This document shows, one piece after another, positions 18,663-28,752 of a stretch of 64,000 nucleotides of DNA. Source of the DNA: a virus; the IMG/VR virus record IMGVR_UViG_3300013117_000236, positions 4,547-68,546 of that record; one strand, given 5' to 3'. Position 1 is the first letter of the stretch. The number at the start of each line of letters is the position of its first letter. The notes under the pieces were generated by a model. It had not been told where the DNA came from and did no database searches. It saw only the letters and a program-made list of their open reading frames with translations. The translations under genes and the position numbers were made by a program.

Positions 18663-19127
18663 ATGCCAGGTGGATTTAGAATACAAATGAGAGCATATGA
18701 TTCGAAAGTAATAAGCGGAATAAGAAATTTTAAAATTAGACAGTTAAAAAAGAGTAGGCTAGCAGTTATGACTTATGTAAGAGAATTCATGAGAGAGGCA
18801 AAAAGGAATGCTCCAGTTATGACAGGAAGGCTTAGAGATAGTATAGGAAATCCATCAAAGGAAGGAATATTAAGAATATCTCCTAAAGGATTATCTGCTC
18901 AAGTAGGAACTGCAGTACCATATTCTACTATAATAGAAATGGGTGCTACTAAAGAATGGGTAATAGCTGCAAAAAAAATGAAGTATTTGAGATTTTCTGG
19001 TGCAACAGGTGGTCAGTATATATTTAGCAAGAGAGTTAAACATCCTCCTATTAAAGGGAAACACTTTATGTTACGAGCATCTAAAGTTGCAATACAAAAA
19101 GTAAGGACGAAATATGCGATGTTATGA
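18663..19127 (+). CDS. HK97 gp10-like neck/tail-completion protein
   Basis: AKRNAPVMTGRLRDSI, VGTAVPYSTIIEMG, VKHPPIKGKHFM. Confidence 0.8.
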   Translation: MPGGFRIQMRAYDSKVISGIRNFKIRQLKKSRLAVMTYVREFMREAKRNAPVMTGRLRDSIGNPSKEGILRISPKGLSAQVGTAVPYSTIIEMGATKEWVIAAKKMKYLRFSGATGGQYIFSKRVKHPPIKGKHFMLRASKVAIQKVRTKYAML

Positions 19128-19300
19128 TTAAAAAAATTACGTTATTTGGTAAATTAAGAGCAGATAGTAATGGTTGTTTAAGTGTAGCAATACCGAAAGA
19201 TATATCAGTGAAAATGGATAGAAATGCCAAATATGAAATTACAGTGACAAAGATAGAGAGATTTGAAGCTAAGTATGGGAGGGTAGTTATAATACCCTAA
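19124..19300 (+). CDS. 58-aa AbrB/SpoVT-like protein (not in the ORF track)
   Basis: MIKKITLFGKLRADSNGCLSVAIPKDI...YEITVTKI; ATGA overlap with previous stop. Confidence 0.5.
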   Translation: MIKKITLFGKLRADSNGCLSVAIPKDISVKMDRNAKYEITVTKIERFEAKYGRVVIIP

Positions 19301-19374
19301 TCGGGGGTTTCATTTAACTAATTAATCAATTTATATAAGGGTACTTATTTAATATAATGATAATTAGGAGGTAA

Positions 19375-20496
19375 ATGAATATGGAATTCAAACCTAAAGA
19401 TTTGGAATTTACTTATGGAACTAGAATGAAGGTAGAAACAGTAGAAGCAAAAGGTAAAAGAAAGGTATTTTTAGGTACAACGTTCATGGACAATAGTATA
19501 AACAAGAATGGTTGGAGATTACCTCAAGAAGAATTAGATAATATAGCAAAACAAGTAAATGGCAATCCTCTAAAGATTGCGCATTCTAAAAGTGATTGGG
19601 ACATACTGGGTACAGGTGTAGAAGGTAGAGTAGATGGTAATACAATTAAAGCAAGAGATGAAGTTACCGACCCAGATGCAATATCGAAATTCGAGTCTGG
19701 TACTTGGAACGAGAAAAATATGGGAATTAGTCCAAGAGTTAGATTCGAGAGCATAGCATGTTCTATATGTGGTGAAAAAGTTAGTGCTGCGAATAGACCA
19801 ATTGAAACACATAGACATAAAATGAATCAGAAATACGATAATGAGAAGTGTTTTTATGACGTTATGGGTGCAAAACTAATTGAAAGGTCTCTCACTTCAG
19901 AACCTGCTTATAGACCTACCGCAGGGAATATTGACTCAGTTACTTTAAGTGCGAGTTTACAGAGGTTTGTTAATAATTCAAAAACGGAGGAAAAAAATAT
20001 GTCTGGTGAAAGCAACAAAAATAGTCTAGAAGCCGTATTGTCAGAAAAAGATAATAGAATCGAGCAGTTAGCTGCAGAAAACGCTACTAAGATTAAAACA
20101 ATTGAAGACCTTGAAGCTTCTGTTAAAGAACTTAAGAAACTTGAGCCTCTAAAAGAGAAACATGAAAAACTTGAGGCAGAGCTCAAAGAAAAGAAAGAGA
20201 AACTAGGTGAGTTCGTACAGGCAAAGAGAAAGGCAGAGCTTAGTGAAGTAATAAAAGACGAAGAAGTTATTGCAGAAACTCTAAAGAAAGAATTAACTGA
20301 TGAAGAATTTGAGGCAGAAGTAAAGAGAATCAAGAAAATAATGACTGTAAGTGCAAATGCGCCAGCAGATAAAGGTACGATATCAGCCGAAAAGAAAACG
20401 GAGAAACATAAAGGACTAGAAGCAAAATTTGGAACTGAGATGTTCGGTGGTAACTACCAAGAATTAATAGGAGAAAAGAAGGAGGGGGATAAATAA
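19375..20496 (+). CDS. prohead protease fused to coiled-coil scaffold
   Basis: INKNGW, LKIAH, CSICG, ERSLTSEPAY motifs; charged coiled-coil C-terminal half; upstream TATA and GGAGGT. Confidence 0.8.
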   Translation: MNMEFKPKDLEFTYGTRMKVETVEAKGKRKVFLGTTFMDNSINKNGWRLPQEELDNIAKQVNGNPLKIAHSKSDWDILGTGVEGRVDGNTIKARDEVTDPDAISKFESGTWNEKNMGISPRVRFESIACSICGEKVSAANRPIETHRHKMNQKYDNEKCFYDVMGAKLIERSLTSEPAYRPTAGNIDSVTLSASLQRFVNNSKTEEKNMSGESNKNSLEAVLSEKDNRIEQLAAENATKIKTIEDLEASVKELKKLEPLKEKHEKLEAELKEKKEKLGEFVQAKRKAELSEVIKDEEVIAETLKKELTDEEFEAEVKRIKKIMTVSANAPADKGTISAEKKTEKHKGLEAKFGTEMFGGNYQELIGEKKEGDK

Positions 20497-20497
20497 T

Positions 20498-20971
20498 ATG
20501 TCAGAAGGACTTGTTTATTACCCTGGAGAAATAAAAGACTTTAAGACCGAATCTGCTGCAGATGGAGCACTTGAGAGACCAGGAATGGTTCTAAAAGTTG
20601 ATAACACGACTGTAACTGACCCTAGGGTTGGTAAGATTAATGCCTCAGGAGATACGCCTATGGGTATTGCTACGGAAGGTACATATAACCAGGACGAATC
20701 AATGTTGAGGTCCGGAGTTGGTGTAGGTGTTGTAACAGAAGGTACAGCGATGGTTGCAGTAGAAGCAGCAACATACAGAGTAGGAGACATAATTGTTTGC
20801 GCTGATACCTCAGATGGATATGGAAGGTCAACACCTTCTGGTGGATGTGCAATAATTGGAATTGCTGAAGAATATAAAGTTATTGCTACAGGAGATTACA
20901 CCGATAAATCGGACCAGATCGCAGTTAGACTCCTAATAGGACCCGCAAGTATTGGAGGCGTCGCTGCGTAG
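20498..20971 (+). CDS. capsid decoration/cement protein
   Basis: Gly/Val-rich beta protein between scaffold and MCP. Confidence 0.65.
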   Translation: MSEGLVYYPGEIKDFKTESAADGALERPGMVLKVDNTTVTDPRVGKINASGDTPMGIATEGTYNQDESMLRSGVGVGVVTEGTAMVAVEAATYRVGDIIVCADTSDGYGRSTPSGGCAIIGIAEEYKVIATGDYTDKSDQIAVRLLIGPASIGGVAA

Positions 20972-20981
20972 GAGGTAAATT

Positions 20982-21875
20982 ATGCCTGATTATGGACAAC
21001 AGATGGTGGAAACGGCAATTAGGAAAGATTTAATACGAAAAATAATTTATCACAATGCAAACCTAATATCTGTAGGTACAAAAGTCGTCCCTACAACTAT
21101 GGTAGATACACTTGCAATTAAGTTTGACTACCCTAGTGAAATGACAGCAAAATATCCAGTTGGTGATACAGCAGTAGCAAAGAGAGAGACAATTAATTGG
21201 AGTGAATTTAAAGTAGACCTTCAGAAAGCACAGGTTCACTACATGATAACAGACTCTGCAAAACTAAGAGCACTGCAAGGAACTCAGAATGCAATAATGG
21301 CGAGAAGAGCAGCAGAAGCGTTAGCAAAAGTAAAAGATGACGACATCCTAAGTGTTGTACACGGAGGAGCAGGAGAATCAGTAGCTGCAAGTGGTCAATG
21401 GAATGCAGCAGCAACAGATATAGAGTCAGATATAGTTACTGCATGGGCGAAGATTCTAGAAACCAGCAATGTTAATGAACAGGAACTTTTGAGAGCAATT
21501 ACACTTGTAGTTCCCGTTGATGCATTTGCTAGAGTTAATCAACTAACCCTCATTGGTAACGTACAGCAAACACTAAAACATTATCTTAAGACTGCTTACG
21601 GTGTAAGTATGTGGCCTACACGAAGCACGAAACTTGGTACATCTACATCAACAAATGCACTGATGTTCGTTCCAGGAGCTTTAACTGCACAGCACGGTGT
21701 CCTAAGTCCAGCAGCTGCCGCAAGTGCGCAGGTACCACTAGTAGAAAGAGAAAGAATAATGGGTAGTGGTTGGGACTACTTAATATCACAATGGTTTAAG
21801 ACAGTAGTTATTGACGATGGTAGTACAGCTGGTCAAACAGACAGAATATGTAAGATTACCAATGTAATCACGTAA
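20982..21875 (+). CDS. major capsid protein (HK97 fold, compact)
   Basis: position; E-loop-like region then MARRAAEALAKVKDDDILS spine helix; GGAGGT RBS. Confidence 0.8.
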   Translation: MPDYGQQMVETAIRKDLIRKIIYHNANLISVGTKVVPTTMVDTLAIKFDYPSEMTAKYPVGDTAVAKRETINWSEFKVDLQKAQVHYMITDSAKLRALQGTQNAIMARRAAEALAKVKDDDILSVVHGGAGESVAASGQWNAAATDIESDIVTAWAKILETSNVNEQELLRAITLVVPVDAFARVNQLTLIGNVQQTLKHYLKTAYGVSMWPTRSTKLGTSTSTNALMFVPGALTAQHGVLSPAAAASAQVPLVERERIMGSGWDYLISQWFKTVVIDDGSTAGQTDRICKITNVIT

Positions 21876-21909
21876 GTGATTGTGTTGTGTAATTTACAGG
21901 AGGTATACC

Positions 21910-22191
21910 ATGTTTGATTTAGTACAACAGATAAACAGGACAAGAACAGCAGCAACCGGTGCCGGAGTACAGATTTTAATGGGCTCGGGAACAACTAATA
22001 CGGCCGTGTCGTACGTACAACCATTTAAATCTGGTTCAGAAGTTATGGTTGTGCATTCTCTCGCCGCAAGCGGAGATGCAACATGGTCTCACCGATACCT
22101 AATTTCTGGCGACCATGGTTACCACGCTGTTTTGGCTTCAGGAAATAACGCATACTATTGGATTGCAGTTGGACCTAAAGTAACACAATAG
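21910..22191 (+). CDS. small virion protein
   Basis: GGAGGT RBS; C-terminal YYWIAVG resembles fibre-tip/H-lectin-like domains. Confidence 0.5.
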   Translation: MFDLVQQINRTRTAATGAGVQILMGSGTTNTAVSYVQPFKSGSEVMVVHSLAASGDATWSHRYLISGDHGYHAVLASGNNAYYWIAVGPKVTQ

Positions 22192-22273
22192 TTTCCTAAT
22201 GCATAATAATTTCCCTTTAAATGGATACATTTGTTTTTTGGTATCCGATTATAATTTAAGTAGGTGATAGTAT

Positions 22274-22648
22274 ATGGTACAACCAGCATTTGTAACCGCA
22301 AGAAGAATTCAAGAAAAATTAACTACAGATAGTAGTGGAGATGGTAGTGCAACCATTGATGTATCCGGAGAACTAAGAATGGTTAAAATGTATTGTAGTA
22401 CAACTGGTGCTTATTGTAGTGTTGTTGAGTTAGTTCAAGGAGAAAGTTTAACTCTTTCAGGAGATACATTAGCTGAGGGAATTATTACTGCTAATTCAAC
22501 AATAAGACCGTATGTTAATAAAGTAGATGTTACTGGTTCAAGTTTAGGAGATACAACTGTTACTTCGCCAGTAATAGATTTAGTAAAAGTTACTGTAGCA
22601 TCAGGTGGTGACACGAAAGCTGCGAACTTTTACCTTTACATGGTTTAG
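22274..22648 (+). CDS. virion beta-sandwich protein
   Basis: Thr/Ser/Gly-rich; in head module. Confidence 0.5.
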   Translation: MVQPAFVTARRIQEKLTTDSSGDGSATIDVSGELRMVKMYCSTTGAYCSVVELVQGESLTLSGDTLAEGIITANSTIRPYVNKVDVTGSSLGDTTVTSPVIDLVKVTVASGGDTKAANFYLYMV

Positions 22649-22654
22649 GTAAAT

Positions 22655-23083
22655 ATGGCTAACTACATAACTGCATTGCAATTTACAGAAACTACTGGTA
22701 TAACAGCAAATGAAGTAGAAGCTACTGGTTCTGAGTCTGTTATTCGTGATGCTAGAATTACTGAAGCTCAAAAAGAGTTTGAGAGAGATGTTCAGAAAAC
22801 TTTTGATGGTACAGAAGATGATTATGCACTAGCTCAGCGAGCAATAGCATTTTTAACAGCTCATTTATTTAGGTTACGAAAAATTGAACTAATACCTACT
22901 TCAGCTGAAGGCGTTCAAAATGTTTCTTCTCCTTTCCTATCAGAATATAGGAGATTGAAAGGATTGATTCATAAAGGAAAATCCGTTGAGACCACACCAG
23001 TATTTGGTGGTGGATTTAAAGTTTCTACTTCAGAGGACTTACCAGATAAATACCAGAGGCCTGGTTTTGTTGAACCAGATTAA
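22655..23083 (+). CDS. head-tail adaptor
   Basis: MANYIT start, helical, AIAFLTAHL; position. Confidence 0.6.
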   Translation: MANYITALQFTETTGITANEVEATGSESVIRDARITEAQKEFERDVQKTFDGTEDDYALAQRAIAFLTAHLFRLRKIELIPTSAEGVQNVSSPFLSEYRRLKGLIHKGKSVETTPVFGGGFKVSTSEDLPDKYQRPGFVEPD

Positions 23084-23120
23084 TCTCCAATTTGGGAGAT
23101 AAAGTGCAAGGAGGCACAAT

Positions 23121-23579
23121 ATGACAATATACACTATCAAGAAAGGCGTTAGAGATGACTTGAGAAGTAATATAACTGACCCTCTAGATAGAAAGAGTAC
23201 AGAGGGTGGTCAGTGGGTTCATATAGGCGATTTATCTAATGTAGGAAAGACGCCAGTAATTTATATTGAAGATGTTGTTTCTCCCGACCAAGTTAATTTT
23301 ATTGGTGGTAGTCAAGCGAATTTTTGGGCACTTGATGTTCACATTGTTGGAAGTGACTCAGATAGAGGAATTTCTCCAATTGATGGAGGAACTGTAATAG
23401 TTACAGATTCTGATAAAATAAGGAATGATTTAGTACAGGCAACTAAAAATAGACTACTAGCCGCAAGAGTTTCTATAACAGGTGCTTCTACTATAACATT
23501 TGAAAGAGTTTTAGGTACGTTCAGAATACCTAATAATAAAAGGTCTACTACTATGAGATATATTGCTCAGAGTGAATAA
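23121..23579 (+). CDS. tail terminator-like protein
   Basis: size, position, PVIYIE and LDVHIV strands. Confidence 0.5.
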   Translation: MTIYTIKKGVRDDLRSNITDPLDRKSTEGGQWVHIGDLSNVGKTPVIYIEDVVSPDQVNFIGGSQANFWALDVHIVGSDSDRGISPIDGGTVIVTDSDKIRNDLVQATKNRLLAARVSITGASTITFERVLGTFRIPNNKRSTTMRYIAQSE

Positions 23580-23580
23580 T

Positions 23581-24870
23581 ATGGCTAAAAGGATATTGTT
23601 CGTTACGGATGGGATATTTACACCATCAGGATTTGGTAATGTAGCGAAAAATATAATTGAAAATCTTTGCATTTCCAAAGTACCTAATGATTTCGAGATT
23701 GCGCATTTATCTTGGCAATATACTGGTAACACAATGGATTATTATCCAAAAGGATGGGAGAAACCATTAAAGTTATATCCTGTTAATAATCACCGTTTTG
23801 GACAAGATGTAATTGGTTATGTTTTAGGTGATTTCAAACCTGATATTGTTTTAACTATTGCTGATTTGTGGATGACTAATTATTTTGCTAACCCAGATAT
23901 TCAGAAAGTGCTAAAAGAAGGTAATATTAAGTGGTATTGGTACTTACCTTTAGATAGTAATTGTTTACCACCAATGTTTAAATCTCAAGTAACTGCGGCA
24001 GATAAGATAATTGCCATGTCTGATGCAGGTAGCTCTGTATTAAAGAAAGAGGGAATAAAACATGAGTTAATACATCATGGAGTTAATACAGAAGTATTTA
24101 AACCATTAGAAGGTATAACAAAGAAAGAGTTAAGAGCCAAAAAAGGTCATCATGTTAATAGGTTCATAATTGGTTGTGTTAATAGGAATCAAGATAGGAA
24201 ACAGTTACCAAGGTTAGTTAGAGCATTTTCATTATTCCAAAAGAAAAATGATAAGAAAGATGTGTTTTTACATTTACATATGGACCCTATGGACCCTGCT
24301 AATTTGTCTCAGGATTTTAATGGGAGAAAGTTTCCACATACAATTCAGGCAATTATGAGTTATAATGTTAGAGATTATGTAGGGTTTAGTTCAGATGTAA
24401 AGTCATATTGTAATGGAACAACTATTGAGGGAATGGCTGATGTGTATAATGTTTTTGATATTCATGCAAGTTCAACAAGTGGAGAAGGTTTTGGATTATC
24501 TACTCTTGAATCAATCGCGTGTGGGGTTCCTAATGTGATTACAGACTTCACAAGTTCCCGTGAACTTGTAGAAGGGCATGGTGAGCTTGTAAAGGTAAAA
24601 ACTTACATCTTTGGAACATTTGGTACTGATAGAGCAATAATAGATGAAGAACACATGGTAGAAATATTTGAAAAGCTCTATGATGATTGGAAGCATGGAG
24701 GTAAGTTATTAAAAGAATACAGTGATAAAGGTTTAAAACATAGCGAAACATATAATTGGACAAGAAACATAGTTCCTCAGTGGAAAGAACTATTTGAAAA
24801 TGAGGAAAATAAGAAAGTGATAAGGTCAAAAAAGGCAGTGCCTCAAGCTGCTGTAGAAATTAGACTTTAA
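23581..24870 (+). CDS. GT4-family glycosyltransferase
   Basis: PSGFG, HGVNTEVF, NRNQDRK, EGFGLSTLESIACGVP. Confidence 0.92.
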   Translation: MAKRILFVTDGIFTPSGFGNVAKNIIENLCISKVPNDFEIAHLSWQYTGNTMDYYPKGWEKPLKLYPVNNHRFGQDVIGYVLGDFKPDIVLTIADLWMTNYFANPDIQKVLKEGNIKWYWYLPLDSNCLPPMFKSQVTAADKIIAMSDAGSSVLKKEGIKHELIHHGVNTEVFKPLEGITKKELRAKKGHHVNRFIIGCVNRNQDRKQLPRLVRAFSLFQKKNDKKDVFLHLHMDPMDPANLSQDFNGRKFPHTIQAIMSYNVRDYVGFSSDVKSYCNGTTIEGMADVYNVFDIHASSTSGEGFGLSTLESIACGVPNVITDFTSSRELVEGHGELVKVKTYIFGTFGTDRAIIDEEHMVEIFEKLYDDWKHGGKLLKEYSDKGLKHSETYNWTRNIVPQWKELFENEENKKVIRSKKAVPQAAVEIRL

Positions 24871-24914
24871 CACACTTTTAAATTTAAAAAATAAATATAA
24901 TAAAGAGGTGAAAT

Positions 24915-25265
24915 ATGCCGTTTGCAGGATTTAAAGACTTTGATGATTGTGTAACAAAACAAATGGATAAGGGAAATAGTAGAGAAGCTGCATCTAGAAT
25001 TTGTGGTGCAATAAAACGTCGTGTTGAAGGTAGTATTATTGATGAGAGTTTGCAAGCACAATTTAATGAACAACTTTTTGGAGGACAAAACTCAGTTCCT
25101 TTGAGTATTGATGGGTCATGTCCTGAAGGATATAAAAAAGTTGGGAATAGGTGTGCAAAAATAAATGATGATAAATCGGAACAACAAAGTAACATGGGCG
25201 GTGGTACAATAATGAATCAGAAGAGAGGAGACTTTAAAATGTTATCACCATCCGATAGGCCCTAG
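24915..25265 (+). CDS. small Cys-containing protein
   Basis: MPFAGFKDFDDCV...ICGAIK and CPEGYKKVGNRC; own TATA-like element and GAGGTGA RBS. Confidence 0.6.
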   Translation: MPFAGFKDFDDCVTKQMDKGNSREAASRICGAIKRRVEGSIIDESLQAQFNEQLFGGQNSVPLSIDGSCPEGYKKVGNRCAKINDDKSEQQSNMGGGTIMNQKRGDFKMLSPSDRP

Positions 25266-25272
25266 GTGTAAA

Positions 25273-26025
25273 ATGAGAAAAAGATATGCGGATAACAGTT
25301 TTAACTGGCAAAATGATAAGGATGTAGTATTTATGCAAATGTTACATAATTTATATACTGTGATGAGAAAAGAAATTAATCCACAAAAAAATGATATGTT
25401 ATTAGATGTAGGATGTGGACGAGGTAATTTTGTGCCTTATAGTAATGATTCATCATATCATGGAATTGATATATCTAATAATAATATTGAACATTGTAAA
25501 AGAAATCATAAGGAGAAAAATTTTGAAGTTATGGATTGTTGTGATATGAACTATGAAGATAACGTTTTTGATAAAGTAATATGCTCTGAGGTTTTAGAAC
25601 ATATGAATTATGAGGAAATTCATCGAACACTATTTGAGTTAAGCAGAGTAGTTAAATCTGGTGGAAAAATAATTATAACTGTACCAAATTTATATTATTT
25701 ATGGGGTATTTTACCGTGGAGTTTTAAACCTATAAAGAGGAGATTGAAAATAAGGGATTTGATAAAAGGTATTAAGAATGGTTGTGCATACGAAGAGTAC
25801 ACACATCCCCACATGAGGTTTAAACCATCATATTGGAAAAAGATATTGCAAGAGTACTTTGTTGTAGAAGGTTATACAACAAGTTTTTGGTTTAATAATA
25901 GAGCAATACATGAATTTACACCAAATATGCAAAGATTAATACACAATTTTAGTTGGAAAGGTAATCACATGTTTGGTAATAATATTATAGCTGTGTTAAA
26001 AAATAATAAGGGTGCATCTGCATGA
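25273..26025 (+). CDS. class I SAM-dependent methyltransferase
   Basis: LLDVGCGRG, GIDIS, FDKVICSEVLEH. Confidence 0.9.
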   Translation: MRKRYADNSFNWQNDKDVVFMQMLHNLYTVMRKEINPQKNDMLLDVGCGRGNFVPYSNDSSYHGIDISNNNIEHCKRNHKEKNFEVMDCCDMNYEDNVFDKVICSEVLEHMNYEEIHRTLFELSRVVKSGGKIIITVPNLYYLWGILPWSFKPIKRRLKIRDLIKGIKNGCAYEEYTHPHMRFKPSYWKKILQEYFVVEGYTTSFWFNNRAIHEFTPNMQRLIHNFSWKGNHMFGNNIIAVLKNNKGASA

Positions 26026-26717
26026 GTGTAAGTATAGCATGTCTAATATATAAAAATATAAAGTACTTAGAATTTGTAAAGAATATGGTTGAAACATATA
26101 CACCTAATAGTAAGTATTGTGAATTCTTTTTTGTAGCTAATGACCCAACAGATGAGGTAGTTAAATATTTACAAGATAATGAAATACCACATTATATATA
26201 TAGAAATAAAGACCATAAAGAATATTATATTAATAGAGTTTATAGGGCATGGAACTTTGCGGTTGAAAAAGCAAAAGGTGATATTGTTGTGTTAGTTAAT
26301 AGTGATATGGCGTTTAGTGAAGGTTGGTTAGAAGGATTAATTAATCACGTTAAGCCTGATAATGTAATTTCATCAAGATTAGTTGAATCAGGTAAAATGC
26401 CATCTGGTCGTCATGGTATATCTAAGGATTTTGGAAAAGGTCCTGATGAGTTCAAGAACGAGGAATTTCAGAAGTATGCGCAAGAAATTAGTATTAAAAG
26501 TAGATTAGAACCAGGAGGGTTGTATTCTCCTATTTGTTGTTATAGAAAAACATTTTTGGAGAATGGTGGATATCCTCATGGTAATATTATGATTAATGGT
26601 ATAATAGTACCAGGTGATATGTTATTTTGGGCAATAATGAGAACAAAAGGGATATTACATTACACATCATTTGAGTCAATTGTATATCATATCCAGACAG
26701 GAGAGCAAGATGAATAA
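26022..26717 (+). CDS. GT2-like glycosyltransferase
   Basis: RAWNFAVEKAKGDIVVLVNSD; paralogous to 30464..31180. Confidence 0.8.
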   Translation: MSVSIACLIYKNIKYLEFVKNMVETYTPNSKYCEFFFVANDPTDEVVKYLQDNEIPHYIYRNKDHKEYYINRVYRAWNFAVEKAKGDIVVLVNSDMAFSEGWLEGLINHVKPDNVISSRLVESGKMPSGRHGISKDFGKGPDEFKNEEFQKYAQEISIKSRLEPGGLYSPICCYRKTFLENGGYPHGNIMINGIIVPGDMLFWAIMRTKGILHYTSFESIVYHIQTGEQDE

Positions 26718-27213
26718 AATTAGAGTTTGTCCAAAATGTAAAATTGAGAAACCATTAGATAAAAAACACTTTCAAATGGTTTATGGTAAATATAAATATG
26801 AGTGTAAGATTTGTAAGAGTAATTATATGAGATTATATCATGCTGAAAATCAAGATAAAATGATGGAGAGTTGGAATAAATGGTATCAGAATAATAAAGA
26901 TAAGGTATATAAGAATTTAATTAATGCTAATGCTAGAAGAATAGAGGTTTATGACCAACTAACAGATAAAGATATTAGAGAAATTTTTTTGAAATATAAT
27001 CATAGATATATATATTGTGGTGATACTAGAAAATTAACAATTGACCATTTAACTCCTCTAACACGTAAAGGACCTAATGTTAAAGAAAATTTAGCTATTG
27101 CTTGTGGACCTTGTAATAGTTCAAAGAGAAATAAAACTTACGATGAGTATGTTGAGTGGTTAAATGAGAGAAATATAGAACCTTTTAATCCTGTAATGGA
27201 GGTGAAAAAATGA
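26710..27213 (+). CDS. HNH endonuclease (free-standing)
   Basis: CPKC/CKIC zinc finger, TIDHLTPL...NLAIACGPCNSSK. Confidence 0.88.
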   Translation: MNKIRVCPKCKIEKPLDKKHFQMVYGKYKYECKICKSNYMRLYHAENQDKMMESWNKWYQNNKDKVYKNLINANARRIEVYDQLTDKDIREIFLKYNHRYIYCGDTRKLTIDHLTPLTRKGPNVKENLAIACGPCNSSKRNKTYDEYVEWLNERNIEPFNPVMEVKK

Positions 27214-28328
27214 AAGCATTAGTAGTTGGTGGTGTAAGACCTGATTGGATTAATTTGAGTATATTACTAAAAGAATTTGAAAAGAAGGGTATTGATTATA
27301 TTTTAGCTCATACAGGTCAACATTATAATTACTTTCTCACGAAAGTATTTTTTGAAGAGTTAGGTATACCCGAACCAAAATACTTTATGAAAATTGGAAG
27401 TGGTACACCAGGGTACCAAGATGGTAAATTACTAGAAAAGATTGATACAATAATAAGGAAAGAAAAACCAGATATTGCAATATCTTTTTCTGATGCTAAT
27501 CCTAGTTTATTTGCTACTATCGCAAGTAAACATCACGTTAAAGTAGCACACGTTGAAGCTGGGATGAGAAGTAATGATTGGAGAATGCCAGAGGAGAAAA
27601 ATAGGAGAATTATTGATTCAATTTCAGATATGTTCTTTGTTCCTACAGGAGAAGCGATGAGTAATTTAAGAAATGAGGGAGTAGATGTTAAGAAAGTATA
27701 TATAGTAGGTAAATTAATAGTTGAAGCGATAAATAAATATAAAGATAAAATTGGAAGTTCTAATATCATGAAAGAGTATGGTATAACGAAAAGAAAATTT
27801 ATACTTTCTACAGTTCATAGACCAGAAAATGTTAATAGTAAAAAAAATATGAAAAATATTATTGAAGCTTTGAATGAATTGCAATATCATTATAATATGC
27901 CTATAATTGCATTATGGCACCCTAGAACTCAAAAAATGGTTGCTAAATATAAATTGAAACCGAAATTTGAGATTAGAGACCCTATTGGGTTTTTTGACTT
28001 TGTTAATTTGCAAATGAATACACGGTGCACAATTGGTGATAGTGGAGGAATTGAAGAGCAAGCATGTTGGTTGGGTACTCCTTGTGTAACACTAAGAATA
28101 TCTACTGAAAGACCTGAAACAATTTCTGCTGGTGCTAATGTTGTTATTTGTCATAGAGATGGATTAATACAAAAAGAAGCAATAATGAGTTGGTTTGATA
28201 GAGTAAAAGATAGAACTAGAGAGGATATTAAAAATCCATATGTATTAGGTGCGGCAAGTGCGATAACAGATATTTTACTTGAAAAAGAAGAATGGATTAA
28301 AAAACCAAAGGTGTGGTGGGATGAATAA
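27210..28328 (+). CDS. wecB: UDP-N-acetylglucosamine 2-epimerase (non-hydrolysing type)
   Basis: GVRPD, HTGQHY, HVEAGMRS, MPEEKNR, DSGGIEE, TERPET. Confidence 0.92.
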   Translation: MKALVVGGVRPDWINLSILLKEFEKKGIDYILAHTGQHYNYFLTKVFFEELGIPEPKYFMKIGSGTPGYQDGKLLEKIDTIIRKEKPDIAISFSDANPSLFATIASKHHVKVAHVEAGMRSNDWRMPEEKNRRIIDSISDMFFVPTGEAMSNLRNEGVDVKKVYIVGKLIVEAINKYKDKIGSSNIMKEYGITKRKFILSTVHRPENVNSKKNMKNIIEALNELQYHYNMPIIALWHPRTQKMVAKYKLKPKFEIRDPIGFFDFVNLQMNTRCTIGDSGGIEEQACWLGTPCVTLRISTERPETISAGANVVICHRDGLIQKEAIMSWFDRVKDRTREDIKNPYVLGAASAITDILLEKEEWIKKPKVWWDE

Positions 28329-28752
28329 AGAAATAGCAATATCTTCATTTAAGAAATATATACATATTGATGATAGAGGTTCAATTAAGCAATTAACAGA
28401 CGACGGAGTTCCTTTCAAAATAAAGAGAATATATCTTGTAAAACCGCTAAAAGGAATAGTTAGAGCTTTCCATGGTCATAAGAAAGAATATAAAGCATTT
28501 TATGTTTTGAAAGGTGTTGTAAAATTTAATGTTGTAGATATAGAAACAGATAGATTAGTATATAGTAAAACATTGTCAAATAACGAAACTTTATATGTTC
28601 CTCCTGGGCTTTATAACGGTTTTGTTGCATTAACAGACAATGCGGAAATATTAGGATTTTCAAGTTTCACAGTTGAAGAAAGTAAAAAAGACGATTTTAG
28701 GAAGCCATTTGATTTTATTGGTAAAGATATATGGGAGAGTAAGTCAAGATGA
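28321..28752 (+). CDS. NDP-sugar 3,5-epimerase/isomerase (RmlC-like cupin)
   Basis: DDRG, RAFHGH, LYVPPG. Confidence 0.85.
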   Translation: MNKEIAISSFKKYIHIDDRGSIKQLTDDGVPFKIKRIYLVKPLKGIVRAFHGHKKEYKAFYVLKGVVKFNVVDIETDRLVYSKTLSNNETLYVPPGLYNGFVALTDNAEILGFSSFTVEESKKDDFRKPFDFIGKDIWESKSR

